Assembly: GCA_036262515.1 (NCBI GenBank)
Contig: DATAIT010000086.1
Coordinates: 3,194 to 67,193 of the forward strand
Direction of reading: 5' to 3'
DNA: 64,000 bases
Source: Acidimicrobiales bacterium
Lineage (GTDB): Bacteria > Actinomycetota > Acidimicrobiia > Acidimicrobiales > GCA-2861595
Below are positions 45,602 through 54,446 of the stretch, piece after piece (position 1 is the first letter of the stretch; each line of letters starts with the position of its first letter). Under the pieces are notes generated by a model. It was not told where the DNA came from. It ran no database searches and saw nothing but the letters and a program-made list of their open reading frames with translations. A program made the position numbers and the translations under genes.

Positions 45602-46585
45602 ATGATCATCACGAGGACACCGCTGCGCATCACCCTCGGCGGCGGCGGCACGGACCTTCCGTCGTACTACGAGCGCCATGGTGGCTACGTCATCTCCGCC
45701 GCCATCGACAAGTACGTCTACATCGGCGTGCACCACACGTTCACCGACGAGTACTTCATCAAGTACTCGTCGCTCGAGCGGGTCTCCCGCGTCGACGAGA
45801 TCCAGCACCCCATCGTCCGTGAGGCGCTCCGCCTCCACGACGTACCTCCGGCCATCGAGGTGGTCAGCCTGGCCGACATCCCGGCCGGCACGGGCCTCGG
45901 CTCCTCGGGGTCGTTCACCGTCGGGCTGCTGCGCGCGCTGTACGCCCTCAAGCGTGAGCACGTCACGGCCGGTGCCCTGGCCGAGGAGGCGTGCAGCATC
46001 GAGATCGACCGGCTGGCCCAGCCCGTCGGCAAGCAGGACCAGTACATCGCCGCCTTCGGTGGGCTGACGTGCTTCGAGTTCGGCCACAGCGGCCGGGTCC
46101 GGGTGTCGCCGCTGGCGATCTCCAACGAGACACTGCACGACCTCGAGGAGCACCTGGTGATGTTCTTCACCGGCTATTCCCGCCAGGCGTCGGTGGTGCT
46201 CGAGGACCAGAAGCAGCGGTCGGAGGCGGGCGACGGGCGCATGTTCGACAGCCTCCACATGGTGAAGAAGCTCGGCATGGCGACCAAGGAGGCGCTGGAG
46301 GCGGGTGACACGGCCCACTTCGCCGCATTGATGCACGAGCACTGGCTGCACAAGAAGGAGCGGTCGGCTGGCATCACGTCGGACGAGATCAACCGCTGGT
46401 ACGACCTCGGCATCGAGCACGGAGCCCTGGGCGGCAAGCTGGTCGGCGCCGGGGCGGGCGGCTTCCTGCTCTTCTACACCCGCGACCGCCTGCGGCTGCG
46501 CGACGCCATGGCGGAGCAGGGCCTCACCGAGCTGCGGTTCTCCTTCGACCACGACGGTTCCACCGTGACGGCCCGGGGGACGTGA
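45602..46585 (+). CDS. hddA: GHMP kinase, D-glycero-alpha-D-manno-heptose 7-phosphate kinase-like
   Basis: MIITRTPLRITLGGGGTDLPSYY N-terminus, GHMP motif PAGTGLGSSGSF, C-terminal GGKLVGAGAGGFLLFY. Lies in a cluster with gmhA, gmhB and hddC. Confidence 0.82.
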   Translation: MIITRTPLRITLGGGGTDLPSYYERHGGYVISAAIDKYVYIGVHHTFTDEYFIKYSSLERVSRVDEIQHPIVREALRLHDVPPAIEVVSLADIPAGTGLGSSGSFTVGLLRALYALKREHVTAGALAEEACSIEIDRLAQPVGKQDQYIAAFGGLTCFEFGHSGRVRVSPLAISNETLHDLEEHLVMFFTGYSRQASVVLEDQKQRSEAGDGRMFDSLHMVKKLGMATKEALEAGDTAHFAALMHEHWLHKKERSAGITSDEINRWYDLGIEHGALGGKLVGAGAGGFLLFYTRDRLRLRDAMAEQGLTELRFSFDHDGSTVTARGT

Positions 46586-47316
46586 CGCCCTGCGTCATCC
46601 TCGCCGGCGGCCTGGGCACGCGGATCCGCGCTGTCGCCGCCGATGTGCCGAAGGTCCTCGTCCCCGTCCTCGGGCAGCCGTTCGTGCACCATCAGCTCAG
46701 CTGGCTGGCCAGCCAGGGCGTCACGACCGTGGTCCTGTCGATCGGCCACAAGGGAGCCGCCGTCCGCCACTACGTGGGGGACGGCGGGCGGTGGGGGATC
46801 TCCGTCACGTACGTGGACGAGGGTGAGGACCTGCGGGGCACCGGTGGCGCGCTGCGGCTGGCCCTCGCGCAGGGTGTCCTCCCGGAGCGGTTCCTCCTGC
46901 TCTACGGCGACTCGTATCTCCCGGTCGACATCGCGCCGGTCGAGGAGGCGTACGAGCGGTCGGGGCTGCCCGCCCTCATGACCGTCTATCGCAACGAGGA
47001 TCGCTGGGACCGCAGCAACGCCTCCTACGAGGGCGGCCGCGTCGTGCTCTATCAGAAGCACCATCCCGACCCCGAGCGGGCCGGGCTGCGCTTCCTCGAC
47101 TACGGGCTGTCGATGCTCGGCCACGACGTCGTCGACGAGATGGTCCCGCCCGACCAGGTGTGCGACCTCGCCGACGTCTTCCACCGCCTCAGCGTGGAGG
47201 GGCGCCTGGCGGGATACGAGATGACCCAGCGGTTCTTCGAAGTGGGATCGCCGGAGGGGCTGCGGGACCTCGAAGCTCACCTGTCGGGCCCCGCCCCGGC
47301 CCCGTCGGAGCGGTGA
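46582..47316 (+). CDS. hddC: Sugar-1-phosphate nucleotidyltransferase, heptose-1-phosphate guanylyltransferase-like
   Basis: VILAGGLGTRI NTP-transferase loop, and LLLYGDSY. GTGA overlap with the hddA stop. Assignment relies on pathway context. Confidence 0.75.
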   Translation: MTPCVILAGGLGTRIRAVAADVPKVLVPVLGQPFVHHQLSWLASQGVTTVVLSIGHKGAAVRHYVGDGGRWGISVTYVDEGEDLRGTGGALRLALAQGVLPERFLLLYGDSYLPVDIAPVEEAYERSGLPALMTVYRNEDRWDRSNASYEGGRVVLYQKHHPDPERAGLRFLDYGLSMLGHDVVDEMVPPDQVCDLADVFHRLSVEGRLAGYEMTQRFFEVGSPEGLRDLEAHLSGPAPAPSER

Positions 47317-47362
47317 CGCCGGTCACCCACCTGTCCCGGCACGACGCCGTAGTGTTCGTCGG

Positions 47363-47962
47363 ATGAGCACCTTCACCCGCACCTTCCTCGAGGAGACGGT
47401 CTCGATCGTGGAGAAGCTCGACCACGACGAGATCGAGCGCGTCGCCACCGGCCTGGCCGCCGTGCGCGAGCGAGGTGGCCGGCTGTTCATCCTCGGTGTC
47501 GGCGGCTCGGCCGGCCACGCGGGCCACGCCGTCAACGACTTCCGCAAGATCTGCCTCTTCGAGGCGTACGCCCCCACCGACAACGTGGCCGAGCTCACGG
47601 CGCGGGTGAACGACGAGGGCTGGGACACGACGTTCTCGGAGTGGCTCAAGGGGTCTCGGCTGAGCGAGCGCGACGCCCTGCTCGTGTTCTCCGTGGGCGG
47701 GGGGAACCGGGAGAAGAACGTATCGGTCAACCTGGTGCGGGCGCTCGAGCTGGCCGTGGAGCTCGGCGCCGCGGTGTTCGGGATAGTGGGCCGCGACGGC
47801 GGTTTCACCGCCGAGGCGGCCACCGCCTGCGTGGTCATCCCTCCGCTCAACCCCGACCGGATCACACCGCATACGGAGGGCCTGTGCGCCGTCGTCTGGC
47901 ACCTGCTGGTGAGCCACCCGCTGTTGCAGGTCGAGGGCACGAAGTGGGAGTCGGTCCTCTGA
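47363..47962 (+). CDS. gmhA: SIS-domain sedoheptulose-7-phosphate isomerase
   Basis: GGRLFILGVGGSAGHAGHAVNDF, and ...LLVFSVGGG. Length of 199 aa is typical of GmhA. Confidence 0.82.
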   Translation: MSTFTRTFLEETVSIVEKLDHDEIERVATGLAAVRERGGRLFILGVGGSAGHAGHAVNDFRKICLFEAYAPTDNVAELTARVNDEGWDTTFSEWLKGSRLSERDALLVFSVGGGNREKNVSVNLVRALELAVELGAAVFGIVGRDGGFTAEAATACVVIPPLNPDRITPHTEGLCAVVWHLLVSHPLLQVEGTKWESVL

Positions 47963-48002
47963 ACGCTGCCGGGCGTGCGGGCCGCCGAGGGCCGCAATAG
48001 CC

Positions 48003-48545
48003 GTGCTCCGGCCGGGGGTGTTCCTCGACCGGGACGGCGTCGTGAACCGGGCCATGGTGCACGCCGGCCTGCCGTTCCCGCCGTCGGCGGTGGCCGATCT
48101 CGAGATGCTTCCCGGCGTCGAGACGGCGTGCGCCGCCTTCCGGCGAGCCGACATCGCCGTCGTGGTGGTCACCAACCAACCCGACGTCGTCCGCGGCACC
48201 ACCACGCGCCAGGCGGTCGACGAGATCAACTCGGCCCTTCGCTCGATGCTGCCCATCGACGACCTGATGGTGTGCTTCCACGACGACGACGACGGCTGCG
48301 AGTGCCGCAAGCCCGCTCCTGGTCTGCTCCTCCAGGCGGCCGAGCGGCTCTCCATCGACCTCGCCCGCAGCGTCATGGTCGGAGACCGCTGGGGCGACAT
48401 CGAGGCGGGCCGCCGGGCGGGCTGCAGTACGGTGTGGATCGAGCAGGGGTACTCGGAGCGCCGTCCGGACCACCAGGACGTCACGATGCAGAGCCTGTAC
48501 GACGCAGTGCCCTGGATACTCGCACGCTGCCTAGGAGGCGTATGA
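48003..48545 (+). CDS. gmhB: HAD-IIIA D,D-heptose 1,7-bisphosphate phosphatase-like
   Basis: VFLDRDGVVN (DxDG), VVVTNQPDV, CxCRKPAPGLL, MVGDRWGDIEAG. GTG start at 48003. Confidence 0.82.
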   Translation: MLRPGVFLDRDGVVNRAMVHAGLPFPPSAVADLEMLPGVETACAAFRRADIAVVVVTNQPDVVRGTTTRQAVDEINSALRSMLPIDDLMVCFHDDDDGCECRKPAPGLLLQAAERLSIDLARSVMVGDRWGDIEAGRRAGCSTVWIEQGYSERRPDHQDVTMQSLYDAVPWILARCLGGV

Positions 48546-49258
48546 CACGCATGAGCGACCTTCGGGTGAAGATCTTCGCCGACGGCGCCGATCGAGCCGG
48601 CATCGTCTCGCTCGCAGCGGATCCTCTGATCAAGGGTTTCACCACCAACCCGACCCTCATGCACGCGGCGGGCCTCCGGGACTACGAGGCATTCGCGCGC
48701 GACGTCCTCACCTGCGTGGGCGACCGTCCCATCTCGTTCGAGGTCTTCTCCGACGACTTCGACGACATGGAGCGCCAGGCCCTGAAGATCGCGGCGTGGG
48801 GGGACGGGGTCTACGTGAAGATCCCCGTCACCAACTGCTCGGCCGTCAGCGCGGCGCCGCTGATCCGCCGGCTGGCGGAGCTCGACGTGAAGCTGAACGT
48901 CACCGCCCTGATGACGCTCGACCAGGTCGAGGAGGTCGCAGCCTGCCTCGCCGGAGGACCCCCGAGCGTCATCTCGGTGTTCGCCGGCCGCATCGCCGAC
49001 ACCGGCCGCGACCCCGTACCGATCATGGCCGCCGCCCTCGACATCGTCCGCCGGTACCCCAAGATCGAGCTGCTGTGGGCCAGTCCACGCGAGATCCTGA
49101 ACGTCGTGCAGGCCGACGAGATCGGCTGCGACATCATCACCGTGACCCACGACCTGCTCAAGAAGCTGCCGATGATCGGCTACGACCTCGCCCGCTTCTC
49201 CCTCGACACCGTGAAGATGTTCTTCACCGACGCCCAGGCGGCCGGCTTTTCCCTCTAG
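48542..49258 (+). CDS. Small transaldolase / fructose-6-phosphate aldolase family enzyme
   Basis: KIFADGAD...GFTTNPTLM, VYVKIPVT (Schiff-base Lys region), and VISVFAGRIAD. Its ATG overlaps the gmhB stop (ATGA). Confidence 0.8.
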   Translation: MTRMSDLRVKIFADGADRAGIVSLAADPLIKGFTTNPTLMHAAGLRDYEAFARDVLTCVGDRPISFEVFSDDFDDMERQALKIAAWGDGVYVKIPVTNCSAVSAAPLIRRLAELDVKLNVTALMTLDQVEEVAACLAGGPPSVISVFAGRIADTGRDPVPIMAAALDIVRRYPKIELLWASPREILNVVQADEIGCDIITVTHDLLKKLPMIGYDLARFSLDTVKMFFTDAQAAGFSL

Positions 49259-49264
49259 TCCGCT

Positions 49265-49294
49265 GCGCCCCCGGCGGGGCCCGGCGCTTCTTTT
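49265..49294 (+). terminator. Candidate intrinsic terminator of the plus-strand heptose operon
   Basis: Imperfect GC-rich hairpin GCGCCCCCGGCGGGGCCCGGCGC followed by TTCTTTT, 7 nt after the transaldolase stop. Confidence 0.5.
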
Positions 49295-49326
49295 CCCGTT
49301 CGGCGACACTCCGTGTCGTGTTGCGG

Positions 49327-49355
49327 ACGAAGAAAGGGCGCGTCCCCGCCGCGCC
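49327..49355 (-). terminator. Candidate intrinsic terminator of the minus-strand YfhO operon
   Basis: The minus strand reads GGCGCG-GCGGGGA-CGCGCC (6-bp stem, 7-nt loop) followed by CTTTCTTCGT, 11 nt after the YfhO-like stop. Confidence 0.55.
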
Positions 49356-49365
49356 GGCGGCGGCA

Positions 49366-52215
49366 CTAGGTCTGGTTCGGGTCCGGGGCGTGGCCCGCGC
49401 TCGCACCGGTGCCGACGACCGCTCCCGAGCGGCGGCGCCTGGTGACGACCGCCCACGAGGCCCACACGGTGAGGCCGGCGGGCGGGCCGAGGAGGCCGAG
49501 GCGGAAGTTCGTCGGCCGGTACCGGAACACGACGGTCGAGCGGCCGGCGGGAACGTCCACCCCTCGGAACAGCACGTCGGTCGGGTACACGGCCGCTCCT
49601 GCGCCGTTGACCTCCGCCTTCCACCCCGGGTAGTAGGTGTCGGTGAGCACGAGCAGGCCCGGGCACGGCGAGTCGACGTCGATGCGCACCTCCTGGGGCT
49701 CGTAGGCGCGGATGCGGGTGGCGGCGTCACCCCGGCAGTCCATGCGGCCGCCGGCCCGGCCTTCGACGACCGCCGTCTTACGCGGGTCCAATGTGCCGAC
49801 CCGGACCGCGCCGCCCGGGAAACGACCGCCGGAGGACTTGAAACGGTTGATCGCGGCCTCCTCGTTCCTCACGCCCACCACGTCGTGGACCACCAGGGCC
49901 CGCGGCGCGACCGTCGTGTTGCGGTAGACGGTGGCGTTGCCGGCCGAGCCCAGGAGCTCGTACTGCGGCACGGGAGCCGGTGTCGGCCCGTCGGCACCGG
50001 TGAAGTGGAGGTCGGCCCATCCCGCCCAGTCGGTGTGGGCGTTCGCTCTGGGGCGGACCTCGAGAATGAGGCTTCGGACCGGTCCGTGCGTCCCGCGCAA
50101 CGCGACCTGGCCCGATCGCCACTCGGGCCCCACTGGGTCCTGCCGGGGCACCATGGTGGCCCGAAAGAGCTCGGACACGACGTTGTCGTCCGTGCGGCCC
50201 GAGATCACGAACTCGACGCCGTCATCGGTAAGGTCGCCGAACGCCTCGGTCTGCATGGCGTAGGAGAAGGTGAACCCCGTGGCCTGCGCGGACTCGACCG
50301 GGAACTCGACCTGCTGCCCGCTGTGCTCGAACAGCACCGGCCGGGCGTCGCCGCCCAGGTCGAACACGGTCGGCCGCAGACCGGCGTCGGGCGGGCGGCT
50401 GGCGAAGATCCGCTCGACCAGTCCCGACCGCTCCGGCGCCGTCCCGCCACTCAGGAGGTAGCGGACGCCGAGCATGTCCCACATGGGATTGGCGGCCACT
50501 TCGGAGAGCTGCACCTCCTCACCCGGATTCCCGCCGTGGGGCCCGCCGACGTAGCGCGTGTAGGCGCTCGGCTGGACGAACGTGTTGATGTAGTCGAAGA
50601 ACCGCTTGGGGAACAGGGCGTCGAGCGTCCGGACGTCGGAGATGCCCAACGCCCCGGGAATGTCGGGGAACAGGCGGGCGTCGAGACCGAAGGTCCGGTC
50701 CCAGGTGGCCAGCCCCTTGGACCGGATGAGCTCGACGGCCGGCGGCGGCGTGTAGGGATCGGCCCGCTCCGGATACATCCCACGGGGCGCCAGGGCCAGC
50801 AGCTCGACGACGATGACCCCGGCGAGGAGCACCGAGGCCCTGGGACCCTTGAGGAGCGCGACGATGGCGACGGCCAGGGTGAAGGCCACGATGGCGCCGG
50901 CGAAGGGAACGATCCGGTCGCTCCCGTGGACCAGATCGGGGCGGGCCAGCTTCGTGAGCCAGGCGGTGAGGGCGACCAGGACCACCGCACCGGCGGCGAG
51001 GACCCGTCGGTCGACGTCGCCGTCGGCCACCGCCTGGACACCCGCTCCGGCCAGCACGGCGATGCAGAAGGCGCCGACCGGAGGGGCGAACGCAGGAAAG
51101 CTGGCTCGCACGACGAGAGGCAGGCGGCCGACCTCGGCGATCACCGGGGCCCCGAAGATCTTGGCGATGACGGCCACCCCGAGCACGGCGAAGAACAACC
51201 CCCCTCGACGCCGCCACGTGGGACTGGCGATGGCGGCGACGGCAGCCACCGAGGCGGACGCCCCGACCCACTCGCGCAGCCCGACGAACGAGCCCCGGCC
51301 CCGTGCGAACGGGACCAGCCAGCCGAGCAGCCAGCTGGTCGGGTCGGCCTGCAGGCCCACCTTGGCCGCGTTGGAGTGGGTGTTGTGCGAGATCGAGACG
51401 TATTCGACGAAGAGGAGCAGCAACGGCAGCACGAAGGCCAACGCCAGCGCTCCGGCCGCCATGAGGCCGGCGAGGGACCTCCTCCGCTCCGGTGCCCCGA
51501 CGATGCGGAACAGCGCGTAGAGCACGGTCGCCCCGACGACGAACAGCGTGGACTCGGGCATGCCGACGAGGAAGTTCCCGGCGAGGGCGGAGGCGAGACC
51601 CAGCACGGCCAGCGGGCGTCGCCTGGCGATCACCCGATCGACGCCGAGCAGCAATGCCGGGAGGTAGAGGTAGGACCGGAAGAACTGGTTGTTGGAGTAG
51701 AGGAAGAAGTAGCCGGACAGCGTGAAGGTGAGCGTTCCCGTCGCGCCGGCGACCGGACCGAGCCCCAGGATGCGCAGGAACGCATAGCCGCCGACGGCCC
51801 CCAGCAGCAGCGCGAGAAGGAAGCAGAGGTCCCAGAACAACGGTGTGGCGTGCAGGTGGACAGGCAGGAGCAGCGGATCGAAGGCGGCGCTCTGCATGTT
51901 GGCGGCCAGGGGCTTTCCCGTGGCCGAGTAGGGGTTCCAGAGCGGCCAGTGCCCGGAGCGGAATTCCCGGGCGACGATCTCGCCCCAGGGCTCGAACTGC
52001 CATGCCGACGCCCCCTGGTCGATGCGCACCGGATCGGGCGGCGCATCGACCTTCCTGCCGGCGGGCGGGATCGGCGGGTCGACCCCGTTGGCGTTGGCCG
52101 TCAGGTACGAGGTGCTGAACGTGCGCCCCAGAAAGGGGACCTCGAAGAACCCGACGAGGACTGCGGTGCAGACCAGGAGCAGGGCGACGATGTCGGCGCG
52201 ACGGCTGCGGATCAA
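49366..52215 (-). CDS. YfhO-family polytopic membrane glycosyltransferase (GT-C)
   Basis: Many TM helices. Motif HWPLWNPYSATGKPLAANMQSA. C-terminal TDTYYPGWKAEVNGAGAAVYPTDVLFRGVDVPAGRSTVVFRYRP is typical of YfhO. The only start near the upstream stop is TTG 52215. Confidence 0.8.
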   Translation of the reverse strand: MIRSRRADIVALLLVCTAVLVGFFEVPFLGRTFSTSYLTANANGVDPPIPPAGRKVDAPPDPVRIDQGASAWQFEPWGEIVAREFRSGHWPLWNPYSATGKPLAANMQSAAFDPLLLPVHLHATPLFWDLCFLLALLLGAVGGYAFLRILGLGPVAGATGTLTFTLSGYFFLYSNNQFFRSYLYLPALLLGVDRVIARRRPLAVLGLASALAGNFLVGMPESTLFVVGATVLYALFRIVGAPERRRSLAGLMAAGALALAFVLPLLLLFVEYVSISHNTHSNAAKVGLQADPTSWLLGWLVPFARGRGSFVGLREWVGASASVAAVAAIASPTWRRRGGLFFAVLGVAVIAKIFGAPVIAEVGRLPLVVRASFPAFAPPVGAFCIAVLAGAGVQAVADGDVDRRVLAAGAVVLVALTAWLTKLARPDLVHGSDRIVPFAGAIVAFTLAVAIVALLKGPRASVLLAGVIVVELLALAPRGMYPERADPYTPPPAVELIRSKGLATWDRTFGLDARLFPDIPGALGISDVRTLDALFPKRFFDYINTFVQPSAYTRYVGGPHGGNPGEEVQLSEVAANPMWDMLGVRYLLSGGTAPERSGLVERIFASRPPDAGLRPTVFDLGGDARPVLFEHSGQQVEFPVESAQATGFTFSYAMQTEAFGDLTDDGVEFVISGRTDDNVVSELFRATMVPRQDPVGPEWRSGQVALRGTHGPVRSLILEVRPRANAHTDWAGWADLHFTGADGPTPAPVPQYELLGSAGNATVYRNTTVAPRALVVHDVVGVRNEEAAINRFKSSGGRFPGGAVRVGTLDPRKTAVVEGRAGGRMDCRGDAATRIRAYEPQEVRIDVDSPCPGLLVLTDTYYPGWKAEVNGAGAAVYPTDVLFRGVDVPAGRSTVVFRYRPTNFRLGLLGPPAGLTVWASWAVVTRRRRSGAVVGTGASAGHAPDPNQT

Positions 52216-52231
52216 TGCGCTCGGGCGGCGA

Positions 52232-53197
52232 TCAGGTGCGGATCTCCTCGCGCCCGAGCACCCACGGGTTGTCGAGGAGGTAGTCCACCGTGTCCTCCAC
52301 GGCGGCCCGGATGGAGTACCTCGGCTCCCACCCGGTCGTCCGGATCTTGCCGGTGGCCAGGTAGATGAAGGGGTTGTCGCCGACCCACCCCCGGTCGCCG
52401 CCGGTGTACTCGATCCTCGGCTCGAGCCCGGCGCGGGCGCAGATCCAGCCGGCCGACTCGACCACGCTGCAGTAGTCGTCGACGCCGAGGTTGAAGACCT
52501 CGCAGCGGTGGTCGGCGTCGAGGACCGACATGAGCGCAGCCACGCAGTCCGAGACGTGGAGGTAGCTCTTGCGCTGGCGACCGTCCCCGAGCACCTCCAG
52601 GCGGGTCGGGTCGGCACGGAGCTTGCGCAGGAAGTCGACGACGTGCCCGTGCGTGTAACGGGGGCCCATGATCGACACGAAGCGGAAGATCGTCGCCTTC
52701 AGGTCCGTGCCCTCTGCGTACGCCTGCACGAGCCCTTCGGCCGCCAGCTTGGACGCCCCGTACAGCGACGTCTGCAACGGGAAGGCGCAGCCCTCCGGGG
52801 TGGGGATCTCGGGGGCCTCCCCGTACACGGATCCGGTCGACGAGAAGACGATCCGCCCCACACCCGCCCTGCGCATGCCCTCGAGGACGGCGTGCGTGAC
52901 GATGGTGTTCTGCTCCAGGTCGCGCCGCGGTGCGCTCCAGCCGAAGCGGACGTCGGCGTTGGCGGCGAGATGCACGACGGCGTCGCATCCGGCGAACCGC
53001 ACGGGGAGCTCGTCGGCCTGGCGGTACAGGTCGATCTCGGCCAGCTCGAAGCCCGGCTGCTGGACGGCGTGCTCGAGGAAGCGCATCGATCCGGTGGAGA
53101 AGTCGTCGAGACCCAGCACCCGGTGCCCAGCCGCCAGCAGCGCGTCGGTGAGGTTCGACCCGATGAAGCCGCCAGCGCCGGTGACCGCGATCTTCAT
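52232..53197 (-). CDS. NAD-dependent nucleotide-sugar epimerase/dehydratase (extended SDR)
   Basis: [16 protein letters not shown] (GxxGxxG), and catalytic YGASK. Confidence 0.88.
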   Translation of the reverse strand: MKIAVTGAGGFIGSNLTDALLAAGHRVLGLDDFSTGSMRFLEHAVQQPGFELAEIDLYRQADELPVRFAGCDAVVHLAANADVRFGWSAPRRDLEQNTIVTHAVLEGMRRAGVGRIVFSSTGSVYGEAPEIPTPEGCAFPLQTSLYGASKLAAEGLVQAYAEGTDLKATIFRFVSIMGPRYTHGHVVDFLRKLRADPTRLEVLGDGRQRKSYLHVSDCVAALMSVLDADHRCEVFNLGVDDYCSVVESAGWICARAGLEPRIEYTGGDRGWVGDNPFIYLATGKIRTTGWEPRYSIRAAVEDTVDYLLDNPWVLGREEIRT

Positions 53198-53234
53198 GCC
53201 AGACGCTACTTCCCCGGCTCCGGGCCGGGCGTGT

Positions 53235-54407
53235 TCACCAGGTCTCGTCCCTGCCCGCCCACTGTCGCCACACCTCGGCCGGCGACCGGTGCCGGCGGCG
53301 GGCGAGGAGCGGCCGGGTAGCCACCGTCGCCGGCAGCCGGGGGATCAGCGCCCGCCGCAGGCCCGGCGGACTGCAGGCACCGAGGGCCCGCCGGAGCTGG
53401 GCGGCGGCCACGGTGACAGGGGCGTTGCGGGCGAGGCACAGCAACCGGTTGCGCGCCGCCAACCCCCGGACCTGAGCGGCGAGCGGTCCCCCGCTGGTGA
53501 CGCCGCCGACGTGGCGGACGACCCCGGACGGCTCGTAGAGCGCCCGGAAGCCGGCCAGCCGCGCCCGCCAGCACCAGTCGACGTCCTCGTAGTACGCGAA
53601 GAACGAACCGGCGAACGGCCCGACCCGAGCCAGCGTCGACGCGGTGGTGACCATGGCGCCGCCGCAGGCCCCGAATCGCTCGGCCGGATCGTCGAACCGG
53701 CCGTCGTCGGGGCTGAGGTACCCATGGTCTCCACCCCATCCCTCCGTGCTCAGGTACGACCCGGCGTTGTTGACGAGCCGGACCGTTCCCACCACGGGTG
53801 CCGGCCGGCCGTCGATCTCGACGGTCGACGGATCGTCCTCGGGGCCGAGGGGCACGTAGATGGGCGACCGTCCCGCCGTCCACCGCCACGGGCCGGCCCG
53901 CCCGTCCAGCTCGCCGTTCTCGAGGGCGTGCACACCCGGCCCGACGAGCCGCTCGAGGACGTCGACTCCGCCCACCGTGGCCGTGCGGAGTGCCCGGCCC
54001 AGTGGGCGGGCGTCGGTGCCGATGCGCCGCGGCTCGTCGTCGAAGCGGACCTCGGCGAACGGCAGGGCGAACACCAGCTTGGGGGCGACCACGGCGACGC
54101 TCGGGTCCACGAGGGCGTCCCGGGCCGACGCCAGCCAGCCGGGCTCGGCCATGGCGTCGTCGTTCAGCAGGGCGATGACGTCGCCGGTGGCGGCGGCGAC
54201 ACCGGCGTTGACGCCGGCAGGGAAGCCGGCGTTGACGGTCAGGCGCACGACCCGGGCGCCGGCGGCGCCCGCCGCCCCGGCGACCGCAGCGTCCCTCGAC
54301 CCGTTGTCCACGACGACGACCTCGTCGCACTGGTCGGCCACCGACGCGAGGCACTCGGGCAGCCACCGGTGGAGGCGGTGGGACACCACGATCACCGACG
54401 TCGCCAC
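53235..54407 (-). CDS. GT2 glycosyltransferase (rhamnosyltransferase-like subgroup)
   Basis: [42 protein letters not shown] and [15 protein letters not shown]. Start at GTG 54407. The 183-codon track extension was rejected. Confidence 0.85.
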   Translation of the reverse strand: MATSVIVVSHRLHRWLPECLASVADQCDEVVVVDNGSRDAAVAGAAGAAGARVVRLTVNAGFPAGVNAGVAAATGDVIALLNDDAMAEPGWLASARDALVDPSVAVVAPKLVFALPFAEVRFDDEPRRIGTDARPLGRALRTATVGGVDVLERLVGPGVHALENGELDGRAGPWRWTAGRSPIYVPLGPEDDPSTVEIDGRPAPVVGTVRLVNNAGSYLSTEGWGGDHGYLSPDDGRFDDPAERFGACGGAMVTTASTLARVGPFAGSFFAYYEDVDWCWRARLAGFRALYEPSGVVRHVGGVTSGGPLAAQVRGLAARNRLLCLARNAPVTVAAAQLRRALGACSPPGLRRALIPRLPATVATRPLLARRRHRSPAEVWRQWAGRDETW

Positions 54408-54446
54408 CGCGGGATGGTATCGGCGCCACCGTGGAAAGCTTCGGCC

